A DNA stretch of 64,000 bases from Theionarchaea archaeon (lineage in GTDB: Archaea > Methanobacteriota_B > Thermococci > Methanofastidiosales > SZ-28-30). Both the position numbers and the translations under genes were made by a program. Below are positions 28,629-39,543 of this stretch, in pieces. Numbering within the stretch: position 1 is the stretch's first letter; each line of letters opens with the position of its first letter. A model generated the notes under the pieces. That model did no database searches. It saw only the letters and a program-made list of their open reading frames with translations, and was not told where the DNA came from. The stretch is from assembly GCA_018992685.1 (NCBI GenBank), contig JACVGT010000025.1, forward strand, positions 1 through 64,000. Direction: 5' to 3'.

Positions 28629-29423
28629 TTACCTCAAGAGTTTCTTTGCCTTGATGATTGGTTTTCCGAATTCTTCCAGCATGGTGGCTACTGAACTTCT
28701 ATCAGGTGTTCCCTTCCAATCCAGAATGAAAGCATCACACCCTCCATTTTTTTCAAGCGCTTTCCTGACATTTTCTTCAGTCACCTGAACATACTTGGCC
28801 AAAACATGACCAACGGCATACTCTCTGTGTAGGGCAACCAACGTGTGTTTCTGGCAGTAGTGCCCGCCCCCAATGCCCACAGCTTGTGGAAACCTGTAAT
28901 CTGGATAGGCGAGAGCTTTCATCAGAGCGACTGCTACCGCTTCTCCTGCCTTCTTGCTAACCCATTGGTCAGGTCCAGATCCAATCTCGATGAACATGGT
29001 GGGAAGTTCAGTGAGAGGCCCATGATGTGTTGCTTCCATGGACACTTCGAATTCCAGGTTCAAGGTATCTTTCTGATTCTTGAGTTCCTGAAGGCCCAGT
29101 TTCTGGGCTATGGGATTTGAGACACAGATTTCACCCGCAGATCCTCCAAAATCTGCAGCTCCGAAATTTCCAGGAGTGTGTACGGTTAATGAGGGAACTC
29201 CCGCCTCTGAAGAATGTCGGGAAGCGAATACAATAAAATTCACATTTTTGAATTCTTTCTCGGGGAATTCTGCATACACAGAGTCTTTCTCTATGAAGAC
29301 CAAGAGAGAGTCCCGGTAAGCATAGTGTGATTTACCAACCTTTTCAAAGTCGAACAATTCCAGTACATGGTGAGCGATATTCATTCCTGCCAGGTCCTGG
29401 GTGGATGCCAAGATGAGATTCAT
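28629..29423 (-). CDS. dtdA: D-aminoacyl-tRNA deacylase (archaeal DTD2/DtdA)
   Basis: FASRHSS, LTVHTPGN, EATHHGP, FIEIGS and GIGGGHY motifs. Confidence 0.93.
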   Translation of the reverse strand: MNLILASTQDLAGMNIAHHVLELFDFEKVGKSHYAYRDSLLVFIEKDSVYAEFPEKEFKNVNFIVFASRHSSEAGVPSLTVHTPGNFGAADFGGSAGEICVSNPIAQKLGLQELKNQKDTLNLEFEVSMEATHHGPLTELPTMFIEIGSGPDQWVSKKAGEAVAVALMKALAYPDYRFPQAVGIGGGHYCQKHTLVALHREYAVGHVLAKYVQVTEENVRKALEKNGGCDAFILDWKGTPDRSSVATMLEEFGKPIIKAKKLLR

Positions 29424-29626
29424 CGGACAGAGTAGACACCAGGATTTAAAGCTTTCACCCTTGACCTCTCGGATTCTTGGGTATTGAGCATGGAGTTGAG
29501 GAAGAACAGCTCCTTTTTCGTGGTCTAGAGACTGCCTATCCGAATTCCATCTCTAACGACCATCAGATGCTGAAGGCTTTGGGTGTGAGATAGCCAACCT
29601 TAAAAAGATTCAGGCAAAACGGGCAC

Positions 29627-30430
29627 ATGCCAGAACTTCCAGACTTGGAGGTACTCAAAGAACGATTGGAACCCTTGATTGGAGACACAATCTCAGACGT
29701 TGAGATATTATTTCCTCTGACCTTTCGTGTTCTGGTAGAAGGTACTCCTCAAAGCCTACTACCGCACCAGACTATTAAGAAAGTCACCCGAAGAGGAAAG
29801 GTTTTGATATTCGAGCTTGATACCCTGTTTCTTGTTCTGAACCTGATGCTCACAGGGAGGTTACAGCTGACGAGAGCTCCAGACAAATCCCGATATCCCG
29901 TGGTCGTTCTTCATTTTGCATCAGGGGCTGCCCTCAAAATCATGGACTACAAGAAGATGGGCAAAATCTACCTAACCGATACTTTAAAGAAGGTGCCTCA
30001 GTACACAAAGCTCGGGGTAGAACCTCTAGAAGGAAAATTCAGTGTGGAAGTTCTCTCGCGAATTCTCAGTGATTCACGGCCTGTTAAAGTAGTCTTAACC
30101 GATCAGAACAAGATTGCAGGAATTGGAAATGCATATGTGGATGAAATACTCTTTCGCGCCAGAATGAACCCTAAGAGAAAGGCAAACTCGGTGAATCCCG
30201 AGGAAATCATATATCTGTATGATTCTATCATAACAGTCTTGAACAATGGAATTGAGAAGGTCAGAGAGGGTCTTGATGACATGTCAGAGGAAGTCCGGGA
30301 TTTCCTCCTCGTCCACGGGAAGAAAGGCCAGAAGTGCCCAGTCTGCGGCGAAGTGATCAGGGAAATCGAAGTCTCCAAGAGAGTCACACATGTCTGTCCT
30401 CGCTGCCAGAAGGCTACTCTTCCCTGGTAG
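29627..30430 (+). CDS. mutM: Fpg/Nei-family DNA glycosylase/AP lyase
   Basis: N-terminal MPELPD, RRGK, LMLTG, H2TH motif DQNKIAGIGNAYVDEILF, C-terminal CPVC...CPRCQ zinc finger. Confidence 0.9.
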   Translation: MPELPDLEVLKERLEPLIGDTISDVEILFPLTFRVLVEGTPQSLLPHQTIKKVTRRGKVLIFELDTLFLVLNLMLTGRLQLTRAPDKSRYPVVVLHFASGAALKIMDYKKMGKIYLTDTLKKVPQYTKLGVEPLEGKFSVEVLSRILSDSRPVKVVLTDQNKIAGIGNAYVDEILFRARMNPKRKANSVNPEEIIYLYDSIITVLNNGIEKVREGLDDMSEEVRDFLLVHGKKGQKCPVCGEVIREIEVSKRVTHVCPRCQKATLPW

Positions 30431-30507
30431 GGGTCTCTGGTTTTTGCCCAGGTACCTGGAGTTGACGTTATTCCAAGGTCAAGAAACAAAGAAAAATGAA
30501 AAGGGTG

Positions 30508-31824
30508 TTATATTTTCTTCAGAGCCTTTTCAAAGATATCCATTGCGAAATCCGCCTGTTCTGCTTCAACTACCAAAGGAGGCACAAATCGAATGGCACT
30601 CTTTCCGCATGGCAGGAGTAGCAATCCATTTCTCCAGGCTTCAAAGATGATTTTTTCCACTTCTTTCTTTGCGTGTTCCTTCGTCTTCCTGTCTTTCACC
30701 AGTTCACATGCGATCATTAACCCTTTGCCCCTTACGTCTCCAATGAGAGAATGGTTTTCGTACATCTCCTTCAGTCGTTTCAGCATGCCAGCTCCCACTT
30801 TGGCCGCATTGTCCACGAGTTTACTGGTCAGCAGATCAATGGTGGCCAAGGATGCAGCACAGGACACAGGATTTCCTCCAAAGGTTGAAGCATGGGCACC
30901 GGGAGGCCAGGACATGATTTCAGAAGAGGCAACACAGGCACCCAGAGGCAACCCACTGGCAATTCCTTTTGCCATGCATATCACATCCGGGACAACGCCC
31001 CAATGTTCAATGGCAAACATTTTTCCTGTCCTGCCAAACCCTGATTGAACTTCGTCATCCACCAGCAGAATATTGTGTTCATCACATATCTTTTTTATTT
31101 TAGGAAGGAACTCCGGAGGGGGAACCACATACCCGCCTTCTCCCTGGATGGGTTCAGCAAAGATCGCTGCAACATCGGTAGGAGGAATGACTTTCTCCAG
31201 GTAGTGCTCAATGTGTGCAACACATTCAAAGGCACAGCTCCCATATTCTTTATTGAAAGCACAACGATAACAGTACGCGTAGGGCACATGAGTCACCTCA
31301 GGTACAAGGGGAGCGAACCGTTCCTTCTGGATAGCTTTTGAAGCTGTCAATGAAAGGGCACCCATGGTTCTCCCGTGGAATGCTCCGAGGAAAGCAATCA
31401 TCTTGACCCGTCGTGTGTACCATCGGGCTACTTTGAGCCCACACTCAACAGCCTCTGCCCCTGAGTTTCCAAAGAATACTCTCTTATCAAAGTCTCCTGG
31501 AGTGATCTGTGCCAGCTTCTGAGCCAGATCTACCTGCTCTGTATAATAGAAATCTGTTCCCGACAAATGGATTAACTTTTCTGCCTGCTTCTTTATAGCT
31601 TCCACAACCTTGGGATGAGAGTGACCGGTTGCACAGACAGCAATGCCTGCTGCAAAATCAAAGAATGTGTTCCCATCCACATCCTCGATAATCATCCCGC
31701 GCCCCTGTTTGGCAACTAGAGGGTAGGATCGAGTGTAGCTCGTGGATATGTACTTTTCATCCTTCTTGAGGATTTCTTCTGCTTTTGGTCCCGGAAGGGT
31801 AGTCCTAATCTGTGGCTTCTCCAT
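30508..31824 (-). CDS. Class III PLP aminotransferase (acetylornithine/4-aminobutyrate type)
   Basis: NSGAEA, AFHGRT, EPIQGEGG, DEVQSGFGRTG, MAKGIASG and STFGGNP motifs. Confidence 0.95.
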   Translation of the reverse strand: MEKPQIRTTLPGPKAEEILKKDEKYISTSYTRSYPLVAKQGRGMIIEDVDGNTFFDFAAGIAVCATGHSHPKVVEAIKKQAEKLIHLSGTDFYYTEQVDLAQKLAQITPGDFDKRVFFGNSGAEAVECGLKVARWYTRRVKMIAFLGAFHGRTMGALSLTASKAIQKERFAPLVPEVTHVPYAYCYRCAFNKEYGSCAFECVAHIEHYLEKVIPPTDVAAIFAEPIQGEGGYVVPPPEFLPKIKKICDEHNILLVDDEVQSGFGRTGKMFAIEHWGVVPDVICMAKGIASGLPLGACVASSEIMSWPPGAHASTFGGNPVSCAASLATIDLLTSKLVDNAAKVGAGMLKRLKEMYENHSLIGDVRGKGLMIACELVKDRKTKEHAKKEVEKIIFEAWRNGLLLLPCGKSAIRFVPPLVVEAEQADFAMDIFEKALKKI

Positions 31825-31950
31825 CAATATCACCGTGTGAAATTCAAGCCTCTGCCTTATAAATGTTACCATACCTTTATTAGGGGAAAAGAATATACTG
31901 AACTACTCAGGCGATTTAGCCACTTCGCTTGAATTTGTCAGGTGGTCATT

Positions 31951-32394
31951 ATGGACGAACTGGATAGAGATATACTGCGGGAACTGAGAGAAGACGGGAG
32001 AATATCCTTTCGAGACGTGGCTCTGAAAACAAACGTGTCATCCCAGACTGTCAGTGACCGCATCCAGAAACTGATGGATAAGGGAGTGATCAAAGGATTC
32101 ACCGTGGTGATAGATCAGGGTGCTGCGGGATATCCCATCACCTTCACCGTTGAACTGGATGTAGATGTTCGTAACATGAAGCAGATTTTGGACAGCCTCT
32201 GTGAATATCCGGAGCTGCATCAGATCAGTGTCATCACAGGGGACCACGACATCCTGGCTCTGGGTGTGGCTCGGGATATTTCACACCTCTATGAGATTAT
32301 TGAGGAAAAGATCAGCAATATTGAAGGGGTCAAGGCAACGAAGACATCCATATCGTTGAAAACGGTAAAAGAAGTTCCGAAATGTTTTGGCTAG
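31951..32394 (+). CDS. Lrp/AsnC-family transcriptional regulator, divergent from the aminotransferase
   Basis: MDELDRDILRELREDGRISF HTH; ITGDHD RAM domain. Confidence 0.92.
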   Translation: MDELDRDILRELREDGRISFRDVALKTNVSSQTVSDRIQKLMDKGVIKGFTVVIDQGAAGYPITFTVELDVDVRNMKQILDSLCEYPELHQISVITGDHDILALGVARDISHLYEIIEEKISNIEGVKATKTSISLKTVKEVPKCFG

Positions 32395-32570
32395 GATGCA
32401 CAATCGATTCAGTGGGATGAGTTCCAACCACTCGCGCTTTCTGAGCTTCTGCAGCAGTACTTCTTCTTGTTCGCAGACCTTGAATCCTTCTATCGATGTC
32501 GCCTTGCCCACTCATTCTACTCAGGTCAAAAGGATTCAGCGGACGGGAATCCCTCAAGGAGGTTCTGAGG

Positions 32571-33311
32571 CTAGGCTGTGGCTGCATACATGACCATGGC
32601 AGAGAGAGTACCTGCAACAGTGGCCCACAAATTGGTCTGGTTGTTTCCCCACCAGCTAATCTTGGTTTCGCAGGTCGCGCCGAGGACAGAATCCACGTTG
32701 GCTCCAATGAACCCTGCTGCACTGATGGCCAGAAACAGTGTCAGTCCAGCAAATCCACCACTGTGCATTCTCAGAATCCAGGCCAGTCCTCCAATGACAG
32801 CAGCAATCCCCAGTTCTGCAGCTTCTCCTAAGGGAGTGATTCCTCCTTCTGCACCTGCAACTACTGTCTCAAAGGTTGTAATAAGAACAGGGGGTCTCTT
32901 GGAGAGTCTTCCGATTTCCCCTCCTGCTGTATCTGCCGTGGCGCTCGCCATAGCGCCAAGAAATCCCGCAAGAAAAAATCCGCCACCATAGATACCTTCG
33001 AGAATTGCGCATATCATGGCAGCCAGCCCGTTTCCAAATACATTTCCATAGCCTCTGGCTCCCTTTTTGGCTTCTGCGACACCTCGTTTCTTCTTTTGCT
33101 CATATTTGTACTGGGTGGCAGCTCCTGCCAGAACGAAAAACGTCAGTGAAATGACAAAGTATTCCCAGCCCGCAAATATCCATACGATGAACCCAATCAG
33201 GAATCCTGACCATAACCCTGAACCACGGACAACTTTCGCTTTGAAGGCCAGAGCTCCTATGGAAATCAAAATGACCACTGGGATTACTATTTCGTTGATT
33301 GACGAGATCAT
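32571..33311 (-). CDS. DUF92 (TIGR00297-like) membrane protein
   Basis: RGYGNVFGNG, ATADTAGGEIG, EGGITPLG, NVDSVLGAT and NNQTN motifs. Confidence 0.9.
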   Translation of the reverse strand: MISSINEIVIPVVILISIGALAFKAKVVRGSGLWSGFLIGFIVWIFAGWEYFVISLTFFVLAGAATQYKYEQKKKRGVAEAKKGARGYGNVFGNGLAAMICAILEGIYGGGFFLAGFLGAMASATADTAGGEIGRLSKRPPVLITTFETVVAGAEGGITPLGEAAELGIAAVIGGLAWILRMHSGGFAGLTLFLAISAAGFIGANVDSVLGATCETKISWWGNNQTNLWATVAGTLSAMVMYAATA

Positions 33312-33358
33312 TTTATCACGTTTGATATTTTGAAGGGGTATTTAAGGGTTTGTGTAGG

Positions 33359-33814
33359 TTATGGGGGCGGTTGCTTCGACGCGTACAGGTAGACAGCTTC
33401 TGTATAGCCGGGGGTGGTCATGGCAGGTGGATTCACGGTTCTCACCTGGGCAATAGCCCTGGCAGGCGGAATTCCCTGGTGTATGAGATAACAGGAAAGC
33501 ATGGCCCCCGTTCGGTCATTCCCGGCGTAACAGTGGACAAAGGCTGGTGCCGTAAGCAAAGTGGCTGCTTCGAGGAACCGGGGTACAGCATCTACGAACT
33601 GTCTCTTTGATTCTGGGGTCGTCAGAGCAATATCGGGGAGGTACAGTGGAATATGTTCTATGGAGGAGGCAGTGATCTCCCGGGAGTTGACCTGCTCATC
33701 CAGGGATATGATGGTGCGTATTCCCGCAGTGTACAACTCAGGAAGGTTCCAGGGCCTTCGTACGGGTCCGCACCGTCCTCCTAGTGAGGGGGTAATCCAG
33801 TAAATGTGGTTCAC
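33359..33814 (-). CDS. Dual-specificity/tyrosine protein phosphatase-family protein
   Basis: VHCYAGNDRTG (HCxxGxxR) P-loop. Confidence 0.88.
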   Translation of the reverse strand: MNHIYWITPSLGGRCGPVRRPWNLPELYTAGIRTIISLDEQVNSREITASSIEHIPLYLPDIALTTPESKRQFVDAVPRFLEAATLLTAPAFVHCYAGNDRTGAMLSCYLIHQGIPPARAIAQVRTVNPPAMTTPGYTEAVYLYASKQPPP

Positions 33815-33822
33815 ATGATCAC

Positions 33823-35112
33823 CTACATTCTCTTGATAATTTCTTCAATGACAGTAATTCCTTCCTCATAGTCTGCTAATGAAATACTCTCATTGGGACT
33901 GTGTGCCCGGGATTCTGCATCTCCCACGCCAATAGAGACCGTGGGGATGCCCAGGACATCAGTGAACAGCCACATGGGGCCTGAACCGGACATGGTAGGA
34001 TAGATGACAGGTGGCCTCTTATGGACTGCCTCCATGGATTGCTCCGTAACAGAAACAATTCGTGCAGTAACAGGAGTCTTGGCTGGCCAGAGAGGGCCCA
34101 GCAATTCAGTCTTGATGTCTGTGAACCCGTGCTTTTCAAGATGATGATTCAGTAATTGGAATATTCTGTGTGGATCTTGGTTGGGAACAAGCCTGAAATC
34201 GATCTTTGCCATGGCTTCTGCAGGGAGAACAGTCTTGCTTCCGTCCCCTGTGTAGCCGGAATTAATTCCACATATATTGCAGGTGGGACCATAGAGGAGG
34301 TGGAAGACTGCTTCTTCGTCTGACATATTCTTGAGGAAATGGTCAATGCCCAGGATAGTCTTGGTCTTGTCACCATCATAGGGGATGGAGTTCACCTTGC
34401 CGAGTTCTTCTTCGGCGGGGGCCTCAATGTCCTGGTAGAAGTCTTCTATCAGGATGTGCTCCTGGGAATCTTTCAACGTGGTTAGAGCTCTGATAAGTCT
34501 CCATGCAGGATTTTCCACAATGACGGCAGAGGCTGAATGGAGATCTCTCTTGGGTCCATACGCACGAAGTTCAACGTAACACAAGCCTTTTGCTCCCAGG
34601 TACATGGTGGGTCTTCCTGCTTCGTCTTTATATCCTGCTTCCCAGATGCAGGCATCTGCCTTGAGGAGGGACGTGTGAGTTTCAACGAATTTCCCCAGAG
34701 AAGGACTGCCGATTTCTTCCTCTCCTTCTATGATGAATTTAATGGTAATAGGTAGTGTGGCAAAGCGTTCTACTGCGGCCAGACGGGCCATGATGTTTCC
34801 CTTGTTATCTGCAACTCCTCTGGCGTAGAGCCGATTGCCTCTGACACTCGGTTCAAAGGGTGGGGTGACCCACTGATCAAGGGGGTCAGGGGGCTGGACA
34901 TCATAATGGTCATAAAAGAGCAGGGTCTTTTCAGATTCGCCTTTTTTTTCACCGAATACTACGGGATGACCTTCTGTAGGGATGACCCGGGCTTGAAATC
35001 CTGCTTCTTGCAGGAATTCCTTGACGTGTTCTGCACAGTCCTGGATTCCTTGATGATGGGCAGAGATACTGGGGATCTTGAGGAGCTCTTCCAAGGCTTC
35101 AACGTTGGTCAT
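33823..35112 (-). CDS. M20/M25/M40-family metallopeptidase (dipeptidase-like)
   Basis: HYDVQP, ARGVADNKG, EGEEEIGS, DLHS and HSPNE motifs; start set at MTNVEAL. Confidence 0.93.
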   Translation of the reverse strand: MTNVEALEELLKIPSISAHHQGIQDCAEHVKEFLQEAGFQARVIPTEGHPVVFGEKKGESEKTLLFYDHYDVQPPDPLDQWVTPPFEPSVRGNRLYARGVADNKGNIMARLAAVERFATLPITIKFIIEGEEEIGSPSLGKFVETHTSLLKADACIWEAGYKDEAGRPTMYLGAKGLCYVELRAYGPKRDLHSASAVIVENPAWRLIRALTTLKDSQEHILIEDFYQDIEAPAEEELGKVNSIPYDGDKTKTILGIDHFLKNMSDEEAVFHLLYGPTCNICGINSGYTGDGSKTVLPAEAMAKIDFRLVPNQDPHRIFQLLNHHLEKHGFTDIKTELLGPLWPAKTPVTARIVSVTEQSMEAVHKRPPVIYPTMSGSGPMWLFTDVLGIPTVSIGVGDAESRAHSPNESISLADYEEGITVIEEIIKRM

Positions 35113-35311
35113 GCGGGAGTGTTGTAAATGGCTATAATAAAGCTTTGTTCTGAACCTTCTGATCTTTCGAAGGACTTGACCTGGAAATCCGGGATGCAAC
35201 ATCTCGGTGAGGTGAATCTCATATGACCAGGGGTTAATCAGCAGTTGAAAGATTTCTTGCCACAAGTACCTTTATATTTATATGAGGACACAGGAATAGA
35301 GGTGTGGAGGA

Positions 35312-36088
35312 ATGGCAGTGAAATCCGGAAACGGTAGGGTGGCCATAATAACAGGGTCATCCAGTGGCCTGGGAGAGGCTTTCGCCAGGAATCTAGCTCT
35401 GCAAGGATACAACCTGGTCCTTGTAGCAAGAAGGGAAGAACGATTATTTGCCTTGAGTACTGAGCTCCAGACTGACTATCTCGTTAAGGCGGAGATTGTG
35501 GTTGCAGATTTGACCAGAGAGAGTGACATAGCGAGGGTGGAAGCCAGAATCTCTGATTTGGAACAGGTAGATATGCTCATAAACAATGCAGGGTTTGCAA
35601 CCACAGGGACATTTGCAGAGACAGATCTTGACGGGCAGCTTAAAATGATAGCACTTCACATTGTCGCGCCTACCAGGCTTATCCATGCTGCCCTGCCCAA
35701 GATGGAAAAGGGAGGGTCAATCATAAATGTTGCTTCTATCGGCGCTTTTGTCAAAGTGCCAGAAAATGTCACCTACTGTGCAACGAAGGCCTACCTTGCG
35801 GCCTTCTCAGAGACCCTGCAGCTCGAGCTGAAAGAGAAAGGAATCCGCGTTCAGGCATTATGTCCAGGGTTCACTATGACAGAATTCCATGAAAGAATTG
35901 AAGGATTCGATCGTTCGGTGATTCCACAATTCCTGTGGATGACGCCTGGAGATGTTGCCAAGGAATCGTTGGAGGCATTGGAGAGGGGATCAGTCCTGTG
36001 TATCCCAGGTTTCAGGAACCGCATTATTCTTCTTCTGTCACGTGTCGGCATTCTTTCATTTCTCCTGAGAATGTTTCGCCCTCAGTAG
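35312..36088 (+). CDS. Short-chain dehydrogenase/reductase
   Basis: TGSSSGLG, NNAG and YCATK motifs. Confidence 0.93.
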   Translation: MAVKSGNGRVAIITGSSSGLGEAFARNLALQGYNLVLVARREERLFALSTELQTDYLVKAEIVVADLTRESDIARVEARISDLEQVDMLINNAGFATTGTFAETDLDGQLKMIALHIVAPTRLIHAALPKMEKGGSIINVASIGAFVKVPENVTYCATKAYLAAFSETLQLELKEKGIRVQALCPGFTMTEFHERIEGFDRSVIPQFLWMTPGDVAKESLEALERGSVLCIPGFRNRIILLLSRVGILSFLLRMFRPQ

Positions 36089-36191
36089 AGGAACTCCTCA
36101 GTGCATGGACGGTCAGAAGCCTGATTGACTCGTTCTTCCCGTTCCTTTTCTCACGAACTCAGTAACGTCCCATCTGGTATTCGTACACATC

Positions 36192-37388
36192 TCACTGAAT
36201 TCCCACTAGGCCCAGAAGTCTCTCCACACCCAGAGCAATCCCTTCAACCTCAATGCCACCCTCTCCCTTGGCACTATCGCCCACCAAGTATAACCCCTCT
36301 ATGGGCGTCATCTGATCAAGGTCCTGACCTGATGCAGCATGGTTTACAGGGTTGTTCCTCCGGTAGGTCTGAACATTCAAAATCTCGTATCTTCCATCAA
36401 ACAATTTCTCAAGCTCAGAAAGTCCTTTCTCCTTCTCCTTCTTGAACTCACGTGATGAACTCCTCTGGTGGGCCATCACCAGATGGTACCCCTCAGGGGC
36501 CAGAGAAGGGTCAACATTCGTCACCTGGTTAATGCCTCCAATGTAGTCCAGTGCCGGCGTAAACATGACTCCAGAATGATCTATCAGCGGTTCCTTTGAA
36601 GCCAGAGAGTACTTGATACCTTCAGAAGGGGTCATGGCATCGATCCTCTTCTGGTAGTCCCCGGGGAATCTGACCAGTCGTGACGTGGCCTTAGCACCAA
36701 TATCTGATACCACCTTAGAGTCCGTGTGCTCTTTTCCGTCCTCATCTACAACGCCGTACACCTTGTCATCTGCCACAATTTCGGTCACCCTTTTGTGTAC
36801 AATGGCATTCCCTCGTCTTCTTATGGCCGTCTTCAGTGCTCGTATGACACCTGAACATCCTCCCATGGGTACACCAGGACCTCGATACTTGAACATGGAC
36901 TTGACAATAGAAAACATCTCCCTGCACGGGACCTGTGACGGTTCCAGACTCAAAGACCAGATACAAAAAGACCTGAATCCCCTCAGGATTATTTCGTTTT
37001 TCGTTCTGTGCTCAAGAAACTCCTGAAATGATCTTTTATCTCCCTTCCTGTACCTCATTTCCAGCAGTGTAGTATACAACCAGGTTTTTTCAGCCAGCTT
37101 CAGCTGGTTCAGTACCTGTCCAAACCTCATCTCCTTATCATAGAAAAACGTTGCCAGAGGATTTGAATCCACAATCGTGCAGGGTGCTCCTGCTCTTTTC
37201 AGTAACTGAGCAAGAGGGCCTTTGGAACCGTGAGGGACCATGTGTAGAGCACCAGTTGTCAGCTGGAATCCCCTGAATGGAATATTACGAAACCGACCAC
37301 CGACCTGGGATGTCCTCTCGAAAAGCGTCACCTTGGGACACAGAGCTGCCACTAGCAACCCTCCAATCCCGCCTCCAATGACGATCAT
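36192..37388 (-). CDS. FAD-dependent oxidoreductase, phytoene-dehydrogenase-like (archaeal)
   Basis: GGGIGG, GGRF, TTGALHMVPHG and GLYLVGD motifs. Confidence 0.88.
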   Translation of the reverse strand: MIVIGGGIGGLLVAALCPKVTLFERTSQVGGRFRNIPFRGFQLTTGALHMVPHGSKGPLAQLLKRAGAPCTIVDSNPLATFFYDKEMRFGQVLNQLKLAEKTWLYTTLLEMRYRKGDKRSFQEFLEHRTKNEIILRGFRSFCIWSLSLEPSQVPCREMFSIVKSMFKYRGPGVPMGGCSGVIRALKTAIRRRGNAIVHKRVTEIVADDKVYGVVDEDGKEHTDSKVVSDIGAKATSRLVRFPGDYQKRIDAMTPSEGIKYSLASKEPLIDHSGVMFTPALDYIGGINQVTNVDPSLAPEGYHLVMAHQRSSSREFKKEKEKGLSELEKLFDGRYEILNVQTYRRNNPVNHAASGQDLDQMTPIEGLYLVGDSAKGEGGIEVEGIALGVERLLGLVGIQ

Positions 37389-37791
37389 GTACTATTACGG
37401 ACTGATAGGAATAAAAAGGTTACTATATTCAATCATAGATAGAGAAAACATTCTTTCAAATCCAGACTGAGTTCTTGTCAATTTATATCTTTTCGGTACG
37501 TGGGAGAGCTTCATTTAGCGAATGTTTTCATCCTAACGTAACTCATTTACCCTGAGAACCTGGTCGTTGATTGCTCGTGATCATATTATCTCTCAAGATC
37601 AGGATACCATCAGTGTGGATTGTAACGCACTATCACTCCAGCAGAGGTCGAGAAGTTCTCAGTTCAAGGTGATACTCTTTGGCGAGCAGCTCCTGGAATA
37701 TTCCTTCTTGTTCAGGAGAACCTGATAGTCTCTTCCAGGAGGGTTGTCTTCCTGCATCAACGTTTAAATATGTCAATGACTCAGTACTCCT

Positions 37792-39042
37792 ATGAGCAAA
37801 ACCATGGCTGAGAAGATACTGGGAAGAGCCAGTAACCAGGACGTTACGTCAGGTGATATCATAGACGGTACGGTGGATCTGGCCATGTCTCATGAGAATA
37901 CTGCTGCCATCTCTGGCAAGTTCAAGTCCATAGGTGTTTCCAGAGTGTGGGACCCTGAAAAGATTGTGGTCCCCATTGATCATTGTGCACCCGCAGCAAA
38001 CGAGGATTATGCCAAGAATCACAAGATTATCAGAGAATTTGTCAAGGAACAGAATATTACCAATTTCTATGATATAAAAGCAGGAGTCTGTCACCAGGTT
38101 CTCCCTGAAAAAGGACATGTGAAACCAGGCATGCTAATTGTAGGTTCAGATTCTCATACGCCCACATACGGGGCATTTGGTGCCTTTGCCACTGGGATAG
38201 GGAGGACAGAGATGGCTGCTGTCTATGCCACAGGGAAGATCTGGTTGAGAGTCCCTGAAAGCTTTAAGATAGTCATAGAGGGGAAGGTTCCAGACAAGGT
38301 ATCGGCAAAGGATGTGATCCTTCATATCATTGGAAACCTGCGAGCAGATGGTGCAAACTACAAAGCTGTGGAATTTGTGGGAAATACGGTGGATACCATG
38401 ACAGTGGGTGAGAGAATGGTCCTGTGCAACATGTCTGCCGAAATGGGAGCCAAAGCAGGGATGGTTCCTTTCGATGATACTACCAGGACCTATCTGGACG
38501 AGAGAACAGACAGAATGTATACCGTGGTGAACCCTGATCCAGATGCGGCCTACGAGCAAGTGGTCAACATTACAGTATCCAACCTGGAACCACAGGTGGC
38601 CTGCCCCCATGCTGTTGACAATGTGAGACCCATCTCTGAAGTGGAAGGGACTCCCATCAACCAGGCAGTCCTTGGTACCTGCACGAATGGCAGAGTGGAG
38701 GACCTGGCAGAAGCTGCATCTCTCCTCAAGGGCAAGAAAATTGCTGACACCGTGAGGCTGATTGTAATTCCTGCTTCCACAGACGTCTACGAGGAAGCCG
38801 TACAGAACGGCACAATCCTGGACTTAATCAGGGCAGGTGCAGTTATCTGCAATCCGAATTGTGGCCCTTGCCTCGGCGCTCACCAGGGCGCCCTCGCTCC
38901 GGGCGAGGTATGCATCTCCTCGTCCAACCGCAACTTCAGAGGGAGAATGGGCTGTAAAGATGCTGAAATCTATCTTGCTTCTCCTGCCACTGTAGCAGCG
39001 TCTTCCCTCACTGGCAGAATTACTGATCCCCGAGGTGTATGA
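37792..39042 (+). CDS. leuC: 3-isopropylmalate dehydratase/homoaconitase-family large subunit
   Basis: IDHC, GSDSHT, GTCTNGR, CGPCLG, SNRNFRGRMG and YLASP motifs; substrate specificity not resolved. Confidence 0.9.
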   Translation: MSKTMAEKILGRASNQDVTSGDIIDGTVDLAMSHENTAAISGKFKSIGVSRVWDPEKIVVPIDHCAPAANEDYAKNHKIIREFVKEQNITNFYDIKAGVCHQVLPEKGHVKPGMLIVGSDSHTPTYGAFGAFATGIGRTEMAAVYATGKIWLRVPESFKIVIEGKVPDKVSAKDVILHIIGNLRADGANYKAVEFVGNTVDTMTVGERMVLCNMSAEMGAKAGMVPFDDTTRTYLDERTDRMYTVVNPDPDAAYEQVVNITVSNLEPQVACPHAVDNVRPISEVEGTPINQAVLGTCTNGRVEDLAEAASLLKGKKIADTVRLIVIPASTDVYEEAVQNGTILDLIRAGAVICNPNCGPCLGAHQGALAPGEVCISSSNRNFRGRMGCKDAEIYLASPATVAASSLTGRITDPRGV

Positions 39043-39543
39043 ATGAAAATGAAAGGCAGAGTATTCAAGTACGGAGATGATATCAATACTGATGTCATCT
39101 TTCCCGGGAAGTACACCTATACCATAACAGACCCCAAAGAAATGGCAGAACATGCCCTGGAAGACCTGGATCCTACATTTGTCCAGAAAGTAAAGAAGGG
39201 AGATTGTATCGTCGCAGGAAAGTACTTTGGATGCGGATCTTCGCGAGAACAGGCTGTGACCTGCGTGAAGGAGGCTGGAATTTCAGTAGTTATTGCAGAA
39301 TCATTTGCCCGGATCTACTACCGGAACTGCATCAACTCGGGGTTGCCCCCTCTGATACTGGAAGACACATCCTGCATCAGTGACGGAGATGAGCTGGAAA
39401 TAGATGTAGAAATGGGAACTGTTACAGATGTAACGACAGGAGCAGAATTTACTGTCAATCCGCTCCCACCCTTCATCATGAAGATCATTCAAGATGGTGG
39501 GCTAATCCCGCATCTCAAGAAGGAGCTCCACCATGGACGCTGA
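39043..39543 (+). CDS. leuD: 3-isopropylmalate dehydratase/homoaconitase-family small subunit
   Basis: DDINTDVI, FGCGSSREQA and SFARIYYRN motifs. Confidence 0.9.
   Translation: MKMKGRVFKYGDDINTDVIFPGKYTYTITDPKEMAEHALEDLDPTFVQKVKKGDCIVAGKYFGCGSSREQAVTCVKEAGISVVIAESFARIYYRNCINSGLPPLILEDTSCISDGDELEIDVEMGTVTDVTTGAEFTVNPLPPFIMKIIQDGGLIPHLKKELHHGR

Noticed and set aside
29627-30430. Fpg/Nei glycosylase in an archaeon as a novelty
   Set aside because: Patchy archaeal Fpg/Nei homologs are already known, and the motifs here are ordinary.
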